Positions 18,536 to 28,477 of a DNA stretch of 64,000 bases are shown in pieces (position 1 is the stretch's first letter; every line of letters begins with the position of its first letter). This DNA is from Myxococcota bacterium. Its GTDB lineage: Bacteria > Myxococcota_A > UBA9160 > UBA6930. Position numbers and translations under genes: made by a program. The DNA lies in contig OZ245015.1 in assembly GCA_965223705.1 (NCBI GenBank), positions 2,240,001 through 2,304,000 of the forward strand. The letters run 5' to 3'. The notes under the pieces are model-generated. The model searched no databases and was not told the DNA's origin. It worked only from the letters and a program-made list of their open reading frames with translations.

Positions 18536-20833
18536 CTACGGATCGATGCCGCGATCGATGAGGACCGCCAAGACATCTTCCGGTGTAATCGGGATCTTGG
18601 GAATGCGCACACCGAGCGCGTCGGCTACGGCGTTTCCGATGGCGGCGGGGACGAGAACCATGGGCGGCTCTGCGGCACCTTTGGCGCCGAACGGACCGGA
18701 TCCGTCGGGGTGCTCGAGAATCCTCATCTCGACCTCGGGCACGTCCGCGGCGACGGGGAGCCGGTAGTTCTTCAGGCTTTGCTCAAGATATTGTCCGCTA
18801 TCTAGGCGTAAATTCTCGTAAAGGGCATAACCTATACCCTGCGCCACACCGCCCTGGATCTGTCCCACCACGGCCGCCGGATTGATGGCGCGGCCCACTT
18901 CTTGCGCGACGACGTAGCGCAAGACGCGCACGACACCGGTGATCGGGTCGATCGACACTTTCGCGAGGTGTACGTGATACGTCGGGGTGGGGAGTGCCGG
19001 AAACGCCAAGCCACGAGCGCGTTCGGGGTCGAAGGGCACCGGCGCCTCTCCGTGGCGCCCGCTTCCCATGACCGCGCCCGCGCCGAAGGCCGCGGCCGCC
19101 AGCACATCGGTGAGCGGCACTTGTCGCTCCGGCCGTTGGGTGTCGCGCACGATGCCGTCGAGCAGTGCGAGATCGGCGGCGTCCGCTTCGAGCAGCGGCG
19201 CTGCGGTCTCGAAGAGTCGCTCTCGAGCCTGGACGGCCGCGTGCTGTGCGGCTCGTCCCACCGCTCGCGTCGTGCGACTACCCTGCCCGCCGCCGTCGTA
19301 CCCCGCTACATCGGTATCCGGTGCGGCGAGGTGAACTTCGGTCGGGTCGAGACCGAGCTCCTCCGCCACGATTTGGACCACGCCCTGGGCCACCGCTCCG
19401 GTGCCGATGTCGCAAGCGCCGGTGACCACGTGCACCGACCCGTCTTCGTTGAACTTGACCGTCGCAGAGCCTGGCAGCGGATTGGTGAGCCAAACCGCGG
19501 TGGCGATTCCGATCCCTTCGAGGGGTTTCTTGTCGCGCCTGAGCGCCGTCCAGGGCGCCACGGCGTCGACTTCTTCAAAGGCCTTTCGCGCGATGGACAC
19601 GTCGTCCAGGGTCTGACCGTTCGGCAACGACTCCCCGTCGCGCAGCAGTACGCGCAGGCGATAGTCGCGGGGATCGACGCCGAGCTCCTCCGCGATGTGA
19701 TCGGTGTGCTGCTCGATGGCGTTGTAGATGGCGACACCCGACACACCGCGGAACGCGCCGGTGGGCGGCGAGTTCGTGTAGATCAAGCGGAAGCGCGCGC
19801 GAAGCTCGGGCACGCGGTAGCAACCGCCGCCGAGAAGCAGCACCAAGCCCGCCATGAGGGGCATCTCCCCGCAATACGCACCGTTGTCGTGATCCGAGAA
19901 GAGCTCTCGGCCGAGGATCTCACCGTCGGCACCCACGGCCGTGCGCACGGTGATGATGGCGCCCTCCCGACAGGGCGTGACGTGGAGGTCCTCCGCACGC
20001 GAGAACACGAGCTGTACGGGGCGCCCGCCGGCGGCCTTCGAGAGCAGCGCCGCATAGGGCTCCGGGCCGAAGTCGAGCTTTCCGCCGAAGCCGCCGCCCA
20101 CCGTTTGGCCCTCGACCCGGATGTCGCTCGGACGAACCGCGAGAAACTGGGCGAGTCGGTCCCGCAGGTTAAAGATGTATTGGTGGCCGCTACGGATTCT
20201 GTAGCGACCGTCGCGATAGCTCGCGAGAGTGGCTTTGGGCTCGAGATACGCCTGGTACTGGCGATCGTGGGTAAAGGTGTCCTCGACGACTCGGTGCGCC
20301 GTGCGGAACGCCTCGTCGACGCCGCTCGTCTCGTGGCTCCACTCGGTGGCGACGTTTTCGTGGGGAGATAGATCGAGGCCCGGCAGCTGTGCGTACTCGG
20401 CGAGTTGTGGATGGAGGCGCGGCGCGTCGAGTGCGAGCGCCTGATCCATGGTCGAGACGACCGTGCGTTCTTCGAACTCGACCGCGATCTCGGAGAGAGC
20501 GGCGCGTGCGGTCTCGAGATCATCGGCGGCGACGGCGGCCAGCGGTTCACCCTGGTAGCGCACGACGTCGCCTGCGAACAACGGGGTATCGCGGATGACC
20601 CAGCCGGCCAGTTCACCGGGCGCGTCCTTTGCCGACACCGCGGCGCGGACGCCGGGCATGCGCCGCGCCCGCGAAAGATCGATCCGCAACACGCGCGCCG
20701 AAGGCACGGGCGAGCGAAGGATCGCGCCGTAAAGCATTCCCGGTTCGCTCAGGTCTCCCGCGTAGGTGGCCTGTCCGGTCACCTTGGCGCGGCCGTCGCT
20801 CCGCCAAGTGCTGGTTCCGACGACGTCGGTCAC
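18536..20833 (-). CDS. Xanthine dehydrogenase/aldehyde oxidoreductase family molybdopterin-binding large subunit
   Basis: KVTGQATYAGD, YLEP, GGGFGGK, GAFRG, GQIQGGVAQGIG, GPFGAKGAAE; start GTG 20833 overlaps upstream stop. Confidence 0.93.
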   Translation of the reverse strand: MTDVVGTSTWRSDGRAKVTGQATYAGDLSEPGMLYGAILRSPVPSARVLRIDLSRARRMPGVRAAVSAKDAPGELAGWVIRDTPLFAGDVVRYQGEPLAAVAADDLETARAALSEIAVEFEERTVVSTMDQALALDAPRLHPQLAEYAQLPGLDLSPHENVATEWSHETSGVDEAFRTAHRVVEDTFTHDRQYQAYLEPKATLASYRDGRYRIRSGHQYIFNLRDRLAQFLAVRPSDIRVEGQTVGGGFGGKLDFGPEPYAALLSKAAGGRPVQLVFSRAEDLHVTPCREGAIITVRTAVGADGEILGRELFSDHDNGAYCGEMPLMAGLVLLLGGGCYRVPELRARFRLIYTNSPPTGAFRGVSGVAIYNAIEQHTDHIAEELGVDPRDYRLRVLLRDGESLPNGQTLDDVSIARKAFEEVDAVAPWTALRRDKKPLEGIGIATAVWLTNPLPGSATVKFNEDGSVHVVTGACDIGTGAVAQGVVQIVAEELGLDPTEVHLAAPDTDVAGYDGGGQGSRTTRAVGRAAQHAAVQARERLFETAAPLLEADAADLALLDGIVRDTQRPERQVPLTDVLAAAAFGAGAVMGSGRHGEAPVPFDPERARGLAFPALPTPTYHVHLAKVSIDPITGVVRVLRYVVAQEVGRAINPAAVVGQIQGGVAQGIGYALYENLRLDSGQYLEQSLKNYRLPVAADVPEVEMRILEHPDGSGPFGAKGAAEPPMVLVPAAIGNAVADALGVRIPKIPITPEDVLAVLIDRGIDP

Positions 20834-21285
20834 GGTTGGCGTGCGGCGTCGAGGGCGGCCGCGACCATCGCCGCATAGCCCGTGCAGCGACAGAGGTTTC
20901 CCGCCAGGGCCCGCTTGATGTCGTCGGCGGTAGGCTTGGAGTCGCGTCGCAGCAGTGCCGTAAGCACCATCACGACGCCGGGCGTGCAAAAGCCACATTG
21001 GATCCCGCCGCGCGTGAGCAGCGCTCGCTGCAGCCGTGAAAGCTCATCGCGACCGATGCCTTCGATCGAGGTGACGGAACGCCCGTCGGCATGGGCTGCG
21101 GGGAAAAGGCAAGCGGCCACGGGATCTCCGTCGATGAGGACGGTGCAGGCGCCGCATTCGCCCTCGCGGCAGCCGTCCTTGGTTCCGGGCAGGTGCAACT
21201 TCTGCCGAAGGGTATCGAGGAGCACCTCTGCGGGCTCGACCTCGACCTGTTCGGCCGTGCCGTTGACTTCGAGTTCGAGCTTCAC
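20830..21285 (-). CDS. Mo-hydroxylase 2Fe-2S small subunit (CoxS/XdhS-like)
   Basis: GCREGECGACT, QCGFCTPG, NLCRCTGY. Confidence 0.95.
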   Translation of the reverse strand: MKLELEVNGTAEQVEVEPAEVLLDTLRQKLHLPGTKDGCREGECGACTVLIDGDPVAACLFPAAHADGRSVTSIEGIGRDELSRLQRALLTRGGIQCGFCTPGVVMVLTALLRRDSKPTADDIKRALAGNLCRCTGYAAMVAAALDAARQP

Positions 21286-22142
21286 GCGGCTGCCACCTCA
21301 CGGATCAGCTCTCGCGCGTTCGATACCAACAAGCGAGAGGCGACCGCACGCCTGTAGCCGCGACTCGCCCACGTGTCGTCGAGTGGATCCGCGCCACGCG
21401 CGAGCGCTTCCCCGGCTTCGCGGAGGTCGGCCTCGCTGGGACGGCCGAGGAGCATCCTCTCGGTCTCCGGAAACCGCCGCGCGGTCGGCGTGATTCCGGA
21501 AACCGCGAGTCGGGCATCGCGGATTTCGCCTCCTTCACCCGGCACCAGCGCGATCGCGAAGCCGACCAGGGCGACCTCCATCGCTCCTCGCCGCCCGACC
21601 TTCACGTAGCGTGCGGCTGCGCCGGCGGGGGCGGCGTCGAACGAGACGTCGAGCAACAGTTCGTCGGACGCGCGCGCGGTTTCCCCCGGTCCCCGAAGAA
21701 AGGCATCGAGCGCGAGGGAGCGCTCGCCGCTGTCACGACTCTTGAGTCGCAGCACGGCATCGCGCAACAGGAGAGCGGGCACGAGCTCGGCCGTCGGCGC
21801 GGCGTTGCACAGGTTCCCGCCCAACGTCGCCACCACGCGCGTTTGCCACCCACCGAGGTGAGCGGCGGCCATCCCGAGTGTTGTGTCTCCGTGCGAGCCT
21901 TCGTTCCGCGCCAAGTCCTCGACTCGAGCGAGCGCGCCGACCCGCACGCCCCCGCCTTCCGACGAGACGCCCGAGAGTTCCGCGCGGAGGCCGTCGAGGG
22001 AGATCAGCGCCGAAGGCCGGGCGTCACGCGGAGCGAGGCCGAGCATCGCGCAGGTCGCACCCGCAATCGGCAGCGCGTCCTCTCCGTAGTCGGCCAAAGC
22101 TGCCACCGCCTCGTCGACGCTCGTGGGACGGACGAACTCCAT
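21282..22142 (-). CDS. Mo-hydroxylase FAD-binding medium subunit (CoxM-like)
   Basis: PTSVDEA, IAGAT, ATLGGNLCNA, GPGET, ASRGYR. Confidence 0.9.
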   Translation of the reverse strand: MEFVRPTSVDEAVAALADYGEDALPIAGATCAMLGLAPRDARPSALISLDGLRAELSGVSSEGGGVRVGALARVEDLARNEGSHGDTTLGMAAAHLGGWQTRVVATLGGNLCNAAPTAELVPALLLRDAVLRLKSRDSGERSLALDAFLRGPGETARASDELLLDVSFDAAPAGAAARYVKVGRRGAMEVALVGFAIALVPGEGGEIRDARLAVSGITPTARRFPETERMLLGRPSEADLREAGEALARGADPLDDTWASRGYRRAVASRLLVSNARELIREVAAA

Positions 22143-22145
22143 ACG

Positions 22146-24071
22146 CTATGCGCGCTCCGCGAGTGCTTCCGCGGCCTCGATGTAGCGCGCAACGTCTTCC
22201 GCCAGAAGCAGTCGCTCGCGCTGCAATCCCTCCGCGGCCTCACGGACTCGCTCGACGTACGCGTCGTGGGAGGGGTAGCGCTCCTCGAGGGAGCGACGCG
22301 GGTCGCCGCTGCGCTCGCGTTCGACCCGGGTCGCGGGGAACGGGAAGCACGACCCGACGACCATGAGAGCGTCTTCGGCGAACTCCCGGTTGCGGAGATT
22401 CCAGCCCGTGAGCGTCGCACGAGGGACGGCGACCTCGGGCAGACGGATTCCCGCCCGCTCGTTTCCATCTTCGTCGAGCTTCGGTACGAGCAGGCTGTAG
22501 CCGGTCCCGGGGACGGGGCGCGGCGGCTGGGTGCCGTAGTCCATCCGCGAGAGCTCGTTGATCACATCCGGATAGCGAACGCCCGGAATCTTCGGGAAGC
22601 CCGGGCTCTCCTTCGGGAACGGGGGAACGAGGGTGCCGTCGGCGACACTCGGGTAGCGGCTCGGCGGGGCCTCTTCTCGGCCGCTCACCCACGCTTCGAG
22701 TGCGGCGAGAAGAGAACGGTTGAGCGGCGCGTAGTCGGTCGTGTTCAAGGGATACACGGGATCTTGGGAGAAGATGCCCGCGTGCTTCATCATCACCGGT
22801 CCGGCGTGCTGGGTGCCGGCGAAGAGGTAGAGTCGCACCGCGTCGGGAAGCTCGATGTCGTGTCCGTCCTCGTCGGTTACCAGCAGCGAGCTACGTCCTT
22901 GCCAAAACTCGGTGCTCGAATCGACGTGGATCATCTTGGGACAGGTTCCGGTCGCGGTAGCGCGCTCGAGGATGCCGTCTCGTATGCCGGTCACGGGATC
23001 CGTCCGGGTGGCGTAGGTGAACGGAAATTGATCCTCGGGGTAGAGGTGATCCTCGTGCTCACGGTGGAAGCGGCCGGGCTGTGAGAACGGTGCGTTCAAA
23101 TCGATGCGCCGGGAGCCGGCGATCGAAGCGTAGATCCCGTCGAACACCTTACGCCCGGTCTCGTCCTGGTTGAAGCCCAGCCGCAGGAACTCCCGCAAGA
23201 AACGCCCGGGTTGGGAGCGCCCGTAGGCGATGGCGTACTCAAGCGGCGCGGTCTCGAGGGGGATGGGGTTCGCGACGCCCGCTTCGTCCGCAACCTCGTG
23301 TCGGAAGAACGAGACCAGGTCGCGCACGGCGGCGAAACCGAGCCCCATCACGATCGGGTCCCTGGCGGGGTAGATGAACTCGTAGAGGGCGCCCGAGCCG
23401 AAGCCCGGCACGGGGTCAATTTCGATGGCGCGGGGAGAGACGTAGCGCCAGCGGTTCCGGTCCACCGGAGTGCGCGGGTCGGATTCCCGCTGCCGCACCG
23501 AAAGTGAGGCCTCCGCCGGGTCGAGGCTTGCGGCGGGGTAGTTGAGCGGTGCCGCGGCGGGTTCCTCGACCTGACCGAGCATGATCTCCTCCCGGCAGAT
23601 CGCAACGATCGGTTCGCCTCCGTCCGTGGCTACCGGGTAGTGCGCGAGCATCTTCTGCTCTTCGTCCGCCACGCCTCCCTGCCAGGCGCTAAACAGCACG
23701 GTGTAACCCGCGCGCATCAGGTAACCGTTCCCGGCGTCGGCCGGACTCGTTGGATCGTTCGAGCTCGCTCCTTTCTCCGCGCTGTTGATGTCGATCAGCG
23801 CCAGCTTGTCGCCGCGATTCGACGTGTCGAAGAGAAGCCGCCGGTTCCCCGCGCGAGGATCGGTCGGGCACAGCACGCAGAAGTCAACGCTGTAAGCGAC
23901 ACGACCACTCGGGTCGAGGGGAGCCTTGTCGAGGTTCGCGATCTCGCGGTTCAGCGGGTGCTTCGGATCGACGGAGCCGTGGACCCGGCCGACGACCTTT
24001 CGGTAGGTGCCGACATCGCCAAACCGCGTGCCTCCGAAGGCCTCTTCGTTCCGCTCGATCTCGAGACGCAT
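22146..24071 (-). CDS. Large alpha/beta-hydrolase-domain protein (tannase-like, uncharacterised family)
   Basis: FGDVGTY, GLGFAAVRD, GRSQPGRFLR nucleophile elbow, FLRLGFNQDE, DGNERAGIRLP, SLEERY. Confidence 0.8.
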   Translation of the reverse strand: MRLEIERNEEAFGGTRFGDVGTYRKVVGRVHGSVDPKHPLNREIANLDKAPLDPSGRVAYSVDFCVLCPTDPRAGNRRLLFDTSNRGDKLALIDINSAEKGASSNDPTSPADAGNGYLMRAGYTVLFSAWQGGVADEEQKMLAHYPVATDGGEPIVAICREEIMLGQVEEPAAAPLNYPAASLDPAEASLSVRQRESDPRTPVDRNRWRYVSPRAIEIDPVPGFGSGALYEFIYPARDPIVMGLGFAAVRDLVSFFRHEVADEAGVANPIPLETAPLEYAIAYGRSQPGRFLREFLRLGFNQDETGRKVFDGIYASIAGSRRIDLNAPFSQPGRFHREHEDHLYPEDQFPFTYATRTDPVTGIRDGILERATATGTCPKMIHVDSSTEFWQGRSSLLVTDEDGHDIELPDAVRLYLFAGTQHAGPVMMKHAGIFSQDPVYPLNTTDYAPLNRSLLAALEAWVSGREEAPPSRYPSVADGTLVPPFPKESPGFPKIPGVRYPDVINELSRMDYGTQPPRPVPGTGYSLLVPKLDEDGNERAGIRLPEVAVPRATLTGWNLRNREFAEDALMVVGSCFPFPATRVERERSGDPRRSLEERYPSHDAYVERVREAAEGLQRERLLLAEDVARYIEAAEALAERA

Positions 24072-25310
24072 CTAGGCGTTCCCCGTAGGCCGGTCCCATT
24101 CCGGGAATGCGGGTACGTCGAGCTTGGGAAGGACCTTGGTCATGAAGGTCTCGAGCTCGTCGATCACGGTCTGCTTCGGCGCTTGTGCGTAGTGCCAGAT
24201 GAGGCACACGAACTCGCAGGGCACGCGATCGAGGAGCGCCTGCCAGTACGCAACCTGGTCGTCGACGGTGCCGATCGGGAAGAGCCCCGTGTCGAGCATG
24301 CGCTGCACCATATCGGTGGCCCCTTCGATCAGCGCCGGGAAGAACGAGCCGTAGTGGTTCCTGTAGAACTCCTCGTCCCGTGTGGCGAGGATGCGGCGCG
24401 CGGCTTCGGCGCTATCGGCAAAGTGCGGCCAGCGTACGACGCACTGGCGTTCGCCGAGTCGGTACGCGAGCCCGCGCTCCTGCCCGTGGGCGACGTAGTG
24501 GTGCGCCATCTCTTCCATACCTTCGAGGCTGGTGAAGTACACGGGCACAATGCCGCGCTCTGAGCAGAAGCCGATGGACTCCAAGCTGCCGCTCACCGCG
24601 GTGAAGACCGGCGGGTGCGGCCGTTGGAAGGGCGCCGGGACGACGGAGACGCGCCGCACCGCTCCGGCTTCGTCGATCTCTCCCGGAGCGCCGAGGCGTT
24701 TGGCCACGTCCGCACCGGGGAAACCTTCGACACCGGTGTCGAACGGGTACGGCGCCTGGTAGTGCTCGCCTTCGAACGAGACGGTTTCGTCGGTCCAGCA
24801 GGCGAGGATCTGGTCCACCCGCTCTTCGAAGAGCTCGCGGTTCTTGCGATCGTCGTCGCTGCCGTCGCTCACGGTGGCCTGCATGTCGGTGTACTGGCCG
24901 AGAATGCTGGTCCAGCGTTTCTGGTAGCCCCGGGCGAAGCCCGCGAAGTACCGGCCGCGGGTCAGGTGGTCGAGCATCGCCATCTCTTCGGCCACGCGGA
25001 TCGGGTCCCGAGTGCCGACGACGTAGCCGAGGGCGCCCAAGCGGACGTTCTCGACCTGGCTCGCCCAGTAGGCGTTCAGCACGCCAGGGTTGGGTGAGAC
25101 CTCGTAGCCCTCGGAATGGAGATGGTGCTCGATAGTGCTGACGGCCCAGACGCCGAGTTGGTCCGCCGCCTTCACGATATCGGTCATCTCGTGGATGACG
25201 TCGTGGTAGAGCGCGCTGTCACGCCCGAGCGGACGTCGAGCGGCGCGTTCGGCCTCGTCGGCGGCCGGTAGGACGGGGTACAGGTTGACGATCACCTTGG
25301 GTCGGGCCAT
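24072..25310 (-). CDS. LLM-class flavin-dependent oxidoreductase
   Basis: IEHHLHSEG, PIRVAEEMAMLDHL, GFARGYQ, PFQRPHPP; start re-picked at MARPKVIV (AGGA RBS). Confidence 0.87.
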   Translation of the reverse strand: MARPKVIVNLYPVLPAADEAERAARRPLGRDSALYHDVIHEMTDIVKAADQLGVWAVSTIEHHLHSEGYEVSPNPGVLNAYWASQVENVRLGALGYVVGTRDPIRVAEEMAMLDHLTRGRYFAGFARGYQKRWTSILGQYTDMQATVSDGSDDDRKNRELFEERVDQILACWTDETVSFEGEHYQAPYPFDTGVEGFPGADVAKRLGAPGEIDEAGAVRRVSVVPAPFQRPHPPVFTAVSGSLESIGFCSERGIVPVYFTSLEGMEEMAHHYVAHGQERGLAYRLGERQCVVRWPHFADSAEAARRILATRDEEFYRNHYGSFFPALIEGATDMVQRMLDTGLFPIGTVDDQVAYWQALLDRVPCEFVCLIWHYAQAPKQTVIDELETFMTKVLPKLDVPAFPEWDRPTGNA

Positions 25311-25336
25311 GAGTTTCCTCCCTCGACCCGACCATC

Positions 25337-26224
25337 CTACGCGAATCCGCCACCGCGCTCGAGAGACAGTTCCGCGCGCACATCGTCCGGCGTTGCGAGG
25401 ACCCCGCCGGCGGCTTCGACGCGTCTCGCGACAGCCGCGACGAGCTCCGCGTTGGTGGGGGTGCCCAGCTCGCGAAAGGGATGATCCCCCAGGCCGAACG
25501 AGAGGTGGCCGCCCCGGGCCACGACCGCCTCGACCATCGCGAGCAAGTTGCCGCCCGCAGAAAGTGCGATCCACCGCTCGGCCCGATCCGGCAGAAACGG
25601 CAGCAGGGCGTCGAGGCCGGCCTCGGTCGCGGGGTGCACCGCCAGGATCGAGTCGGAGAGGACGATCTCGACGAGGAGCGGTCCCTCGAGCTCGCCCATC
25701 TCGAAGAGCGCGCCGAGCACCCGCGCCGATCCGACGTTCCACAAGACGGGCAAGACGGCGACACCACAGCCGCGGATCGCGGCGATCTCGGTGCGGATCC
25801 CGGCGATCGAGTTGCGGTACACGAGATCTTCCGCGCCGAACCCCCGACCGGGTCGGTACGGATCGATGTTCGAGCTCGCGAGGTCCACCGGAGCGAAATC
25901 CGGCCGCGTTTCCGGGTCCTTCGCCAGAACCGGGATGTGGGCGACTCGCTCCGCCGCGTCGTCGATCGTGTAGGCGCCGAGCGTCGGCGTGATGAGCATG
26001 TCGCAGGCGCCGCGGATCGCTCGAATCGCGTCGCCATAGTCGGCCACGGCGTGGGCGGGCGCCCCAGTTTTCGGGTCTCGCGCGTGGAAGTGGTAGAGCG
26101 CCGCGCCGGCCTCGCGGCAGGCCGCGGCGTCGGCGGCGAGCTCGTCCGCCGACCACGGCACGTGCGGGTTCGCCGCGCGGCTCGCGTACTCGTTTGCACG
26201 GACCTCGAGAATGACCTTGGCCAT
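25337..26224 (-). CDS. BKACE/DUF849 (beta-keto acid cleavage enzyme) family protein, atypical active site
   Basis: NPHVP...ACREAGAALYHFHAR, PTNAELV..V; canonical RVGLED replaced by SFGLGD. Confidence 0.87.
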   Translation of the reverse strand: MAKVILEVRANEYASRAANPHVPWSADELAADAAACREAGAALYHFHARDPKTGAPAHAVADYGDAIRAIRGACDMLITPTLGAYTIDDAAERVAHIPVLAKDPETRPDFAPVDLASSNIDPYRPGRGFGAEDLVYRNSIAGIRTEIAAIRGCGVAVLPVLWNVGSARVLGALFEMGELEGPLLVEIVLSDSILAVHPATEAGLDALLPFLPDRAERWIALSAGGNLLAMVEAVVARGGHLSFGLGDHPFRELGTPTNAELVAAVARRVEAAGGVLATPDDVRAELSLERGGGFA

Positions 26225-26234
26225 CGGCGATGAA

Positions 26235-28325
26235 TCACCCTCCGCCGACGGTTGCGCTTTCCTGTTTCTTCACGGCCTTGCGCGCCTGCTGACGGATGTA
26301 GTGGAAGAGCTCTTTCAACTGCGTCTCCGAGAACGAGTCGAAGTTCGGCATGCCGAGGGGACGTCGGCCTTCGATCATCACGGTCTTGAAGCTCTCCCAG
26401 TTTTGGGGCGTGGGGGCGGCGCGTAGGTCCGGCGCCATCCCGCCCGAGACGACGGCGGGGCCATGACACCAGAGGCAAACCTCGGCGAAGGTCTTGGAGC
26501 CCTTGGCGGCCATCGCCTCGTCGATCTGCAAGTCGGGTACGTCGACAGGGACGGCGAAGGAGGGCCCCGGCGTCGGAGGCATCGGAACCTCGCCGCCGAG
26601 CGCAAAGGTAAAGAGCCGCCGGGGCTGCGCTTTGTAGGCCCAGCCGTACTGGGCGGCGAGCGAACCGAAGCGGAGGCCGCCGCCGCCCCAGCCCACCAAC
26701 AACGAGACGTACTGTTGCCCGTCGACGCTGTAGGTAATCGGAGGGGCCGTGATGCCGAGCCCCAGATTCTGCGTCCAGAGTTCCTCTCCGGTGGTGGCGT
26801 CGTAGGCCACGAAATCGCCGCTAGCCCGCCCCTGGAAGACCAGGTTGCCCGCCGTCGTGAGCGTGCCTCCGTTCCAGTTCTTCGGCAGGTCGAGACGCCA
26901 GGCTTCCTTCTGCTTGATCGGATCCCACGCCAAGAGGGCCGCCGCACCGTAGTTGGGCGGCGCGTCTTCTTCGCCGAACGCGACACCGGCGCTGAGGTTG
27001 AACTTGGGCGACTTCCAGTTCTTGATGTCGACACCTTGATCGGAGTAGATCGCGGCGGCTTCGATGATCGGGATGTAGGCCAGGCCCGTCATCGGGTTGT
27101 ACGACATGGCGTGCCAGCTGTGGACGCCAAACGGACCGGGCCAGATCTGCTCGGACCCGTCCTCGTAACGCGAGCCTTCGACCTCGACCGGGCGGCCGGT
27201 TTCCATATCGATATGACTCGCCCAGGTGACCTTGCCGATCTTCTCCGCCGATAGAAGCTTCCCATTCGATCGATCGATGACGTAGAAGAAACCGTTCTTC
27301 GGCGCGTGGAGGAGCGCCTTCACGACCTTGCCGTCGATGGTGAGATCCGCCAGGACGATGTCCATGTTCGAGTTGTAGTCCCAGGTCTCTCCCGGAACCT
27401 GCTGGTAGTGCCACTTGTAGGCGCCGGTTTCGGGATCGAGTGCGACCAATGAGCAGAGGAACAGGTTGTCTCCGCCCCCGGGGCTCCGGATCTTGCGGTT
27501 CCAGGGCGAGCCGTTCCCGGTTCCGATGATTAGCTGATCAAATTCCGGGTCGTAGGTAATGCCGTGCCAGACGTTTCCACCGCCGCCGAACTTCCACCAC
27601 TCGCCGGTCCAGGTCTTCGCGGCCATCTCCATGGCCGGGTTCTCGAAACCGTCCGCGGGATTGCCCGGCACGATGTAGAACTTCCAGGCTTCCTCGCCGG
27701 TTTCCGCGTCGTAGGCGACCACATAGCCGCGAGCCGCTTCGTTTTCCGTGCCGCCGTTCCCGATGAGGACCTTGCCTCGGAACACTTTCGGAGCGCCCGT
27801 GATGTAGTAGGCCTTCCCTTCTTCGATCGTGTCGACTTCCCAGACGCGCTGACCGGTCTTCGCGTCGATGGCGACCAGGCGGCCATCGATCGTGGCGATG
27901 AACACCTTGCCGTTCCAGTAGGCCAGACCGCGGCTGTCGTCGGTCATGATCCGGAGGCGGTCGCCCGCATGTTCAATGGACTGCGGGTCGTATCGCCACA
28001 GGACCTCGCCGGTTCGGACGTCGACGGCGCGAACCCGGCTGTAGCTCCCGGTGAAGTACATGATCCCGTCGACCACCAGCGGCGTGGAGACCAAGGTTCG
28101 GTCGTTGGGGAGATCGAGCACCCACTGAATGCCGATTTTGTCGACGTTTTCGTGATTGATCTGGTTCAGAGGGCTGAACCGCTTCTCGCTGTAGGTCTTG
28201 CCGTAAGCGAGCCAGTTGGCGCCGTCGCTCTCGTCCGCCAGTGCCGCGTCTTTCACGACGGTCTGCGCGTCGGCAGTGACGGCGAAGCAAGAGAGCAAGA
28301 GCAGGCTGAGAGCGAAACGCACCAT
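26235..28325 (-). CDS. PQQ-dependent quinohemoprotein dehydrogenase (type II ADH-like, C-terminal cytochrome c), exported
   Basis: Signal peptide, RFSPLNQI, GNGGTE, YIGTGNG-like IIGTGNGSPW, WHYQ..PGETWDY, CLWCH heme motif; GGAGG RBS before ATG 28325. Confidence 0.93.
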   Translation of the reverse strand: MVRFALSLLLLSCFAVTADAQTVVKDAALADESDGANWLAYGKTYSEKRFSPLNQINHENVDKIGIQWVLDLPNDRTLVSTPLVVDGIMYFTGSYSRVRAVDVRTGEVLWRYDPQSIEHAGDRLRIMTDDSRGLAYWNGKVFIATIDGRLVAIDAKTGQRVWEVDTIEEGKAYYITGAPKVFRGKVLIGNGGTENEAARGYVVAYDAETGEEAWKFYIVPGNPADGFENPAMEMAAKTWTGEWWKFGGGGNVWHGITYDPEFDQLIIGTGNGSPWNRKIRSPGGGDNLFLCSLVALDPETGAYKWHYQQVPGETWDYNSNMDIVLADLTIDGKVVKALLHAPKNGFFYVIDRSNGKLLSAEKIGKVTWASHIDMETGRPVEVEGSRYEDGSEQIWPGPFGVHSWHAMSYNPMTGLAYIPIIEAAAIYSDQGVDIKNWKSPKFNLSAGVAFGEEDAPPNYGAAALLAWDPIKQKEAWRLDLPKNWNGGTLTTAGNLVFQGRASGDFVAYDATTGEELWTQNLGLGITAPPITYSVDGQQYVSLLVGWGGGGLRFGSLAAQYGWAYKAQPRRLFTFALGGEVPMPPTPGPSFAVPVDVPDLQIDEAMAAKGSKTFAEVCLWCHGPAVVSGGMAPDLRAAPTPQNWESFKTVMIEGRRPLGMPNFDSFSETQLKELFHYIRQQARKAVKKQESATVGGG

Positions 28326-28347
28326 GGGTCTGGGTCCTCCGGGCACC

Positions 28348-28377
28348 AACGTAACCCGAGCGGTCGGGCCGACTCAA
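28348..28377 (-). promoter_or_regulatory. Putative sigma70 promoter of the long minus-strand operon
   Basis: Minus strand TTGAGT-N18-TACGTT directly upstream of the RBS. Confidence 0.35.
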
Positions 28378-28477
28378 CTTCGGGGGATCGAGGCCTCGGG
28401 CCGGCGGAACCGCGGGGCGATTTCCCTCGGACCGCTCCGAGTTGACATTCCTTCCGCAGAGAAGACTATTGCGTGCT

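Noticed and set aside
18536..22142. Aerobic CO dehydrogenase (coxMSL gene order)
   Set aside because: The large subunit has GAFRGVSG rather than the form I AYxCSFR motif, and no cox accessory genes are present
24072..26156. N-terminal extensions in the ORF track (e.g. 694-aa LLM, 832-aa PQQ enzyme, 740-aa propeller protein) suggesting fusions
   Set aside because: The extensions overlap neighbouring genes in other frames; internal starts give normal-length proteins, several with a clear RBS
26235..28325. Methanol dehydrogenase / lanthanide XoxF assignment for the PQQ enzymes
   Set aside because: C-terminal heme c, no Cys-Cys and no D-x-D lanthanide motif
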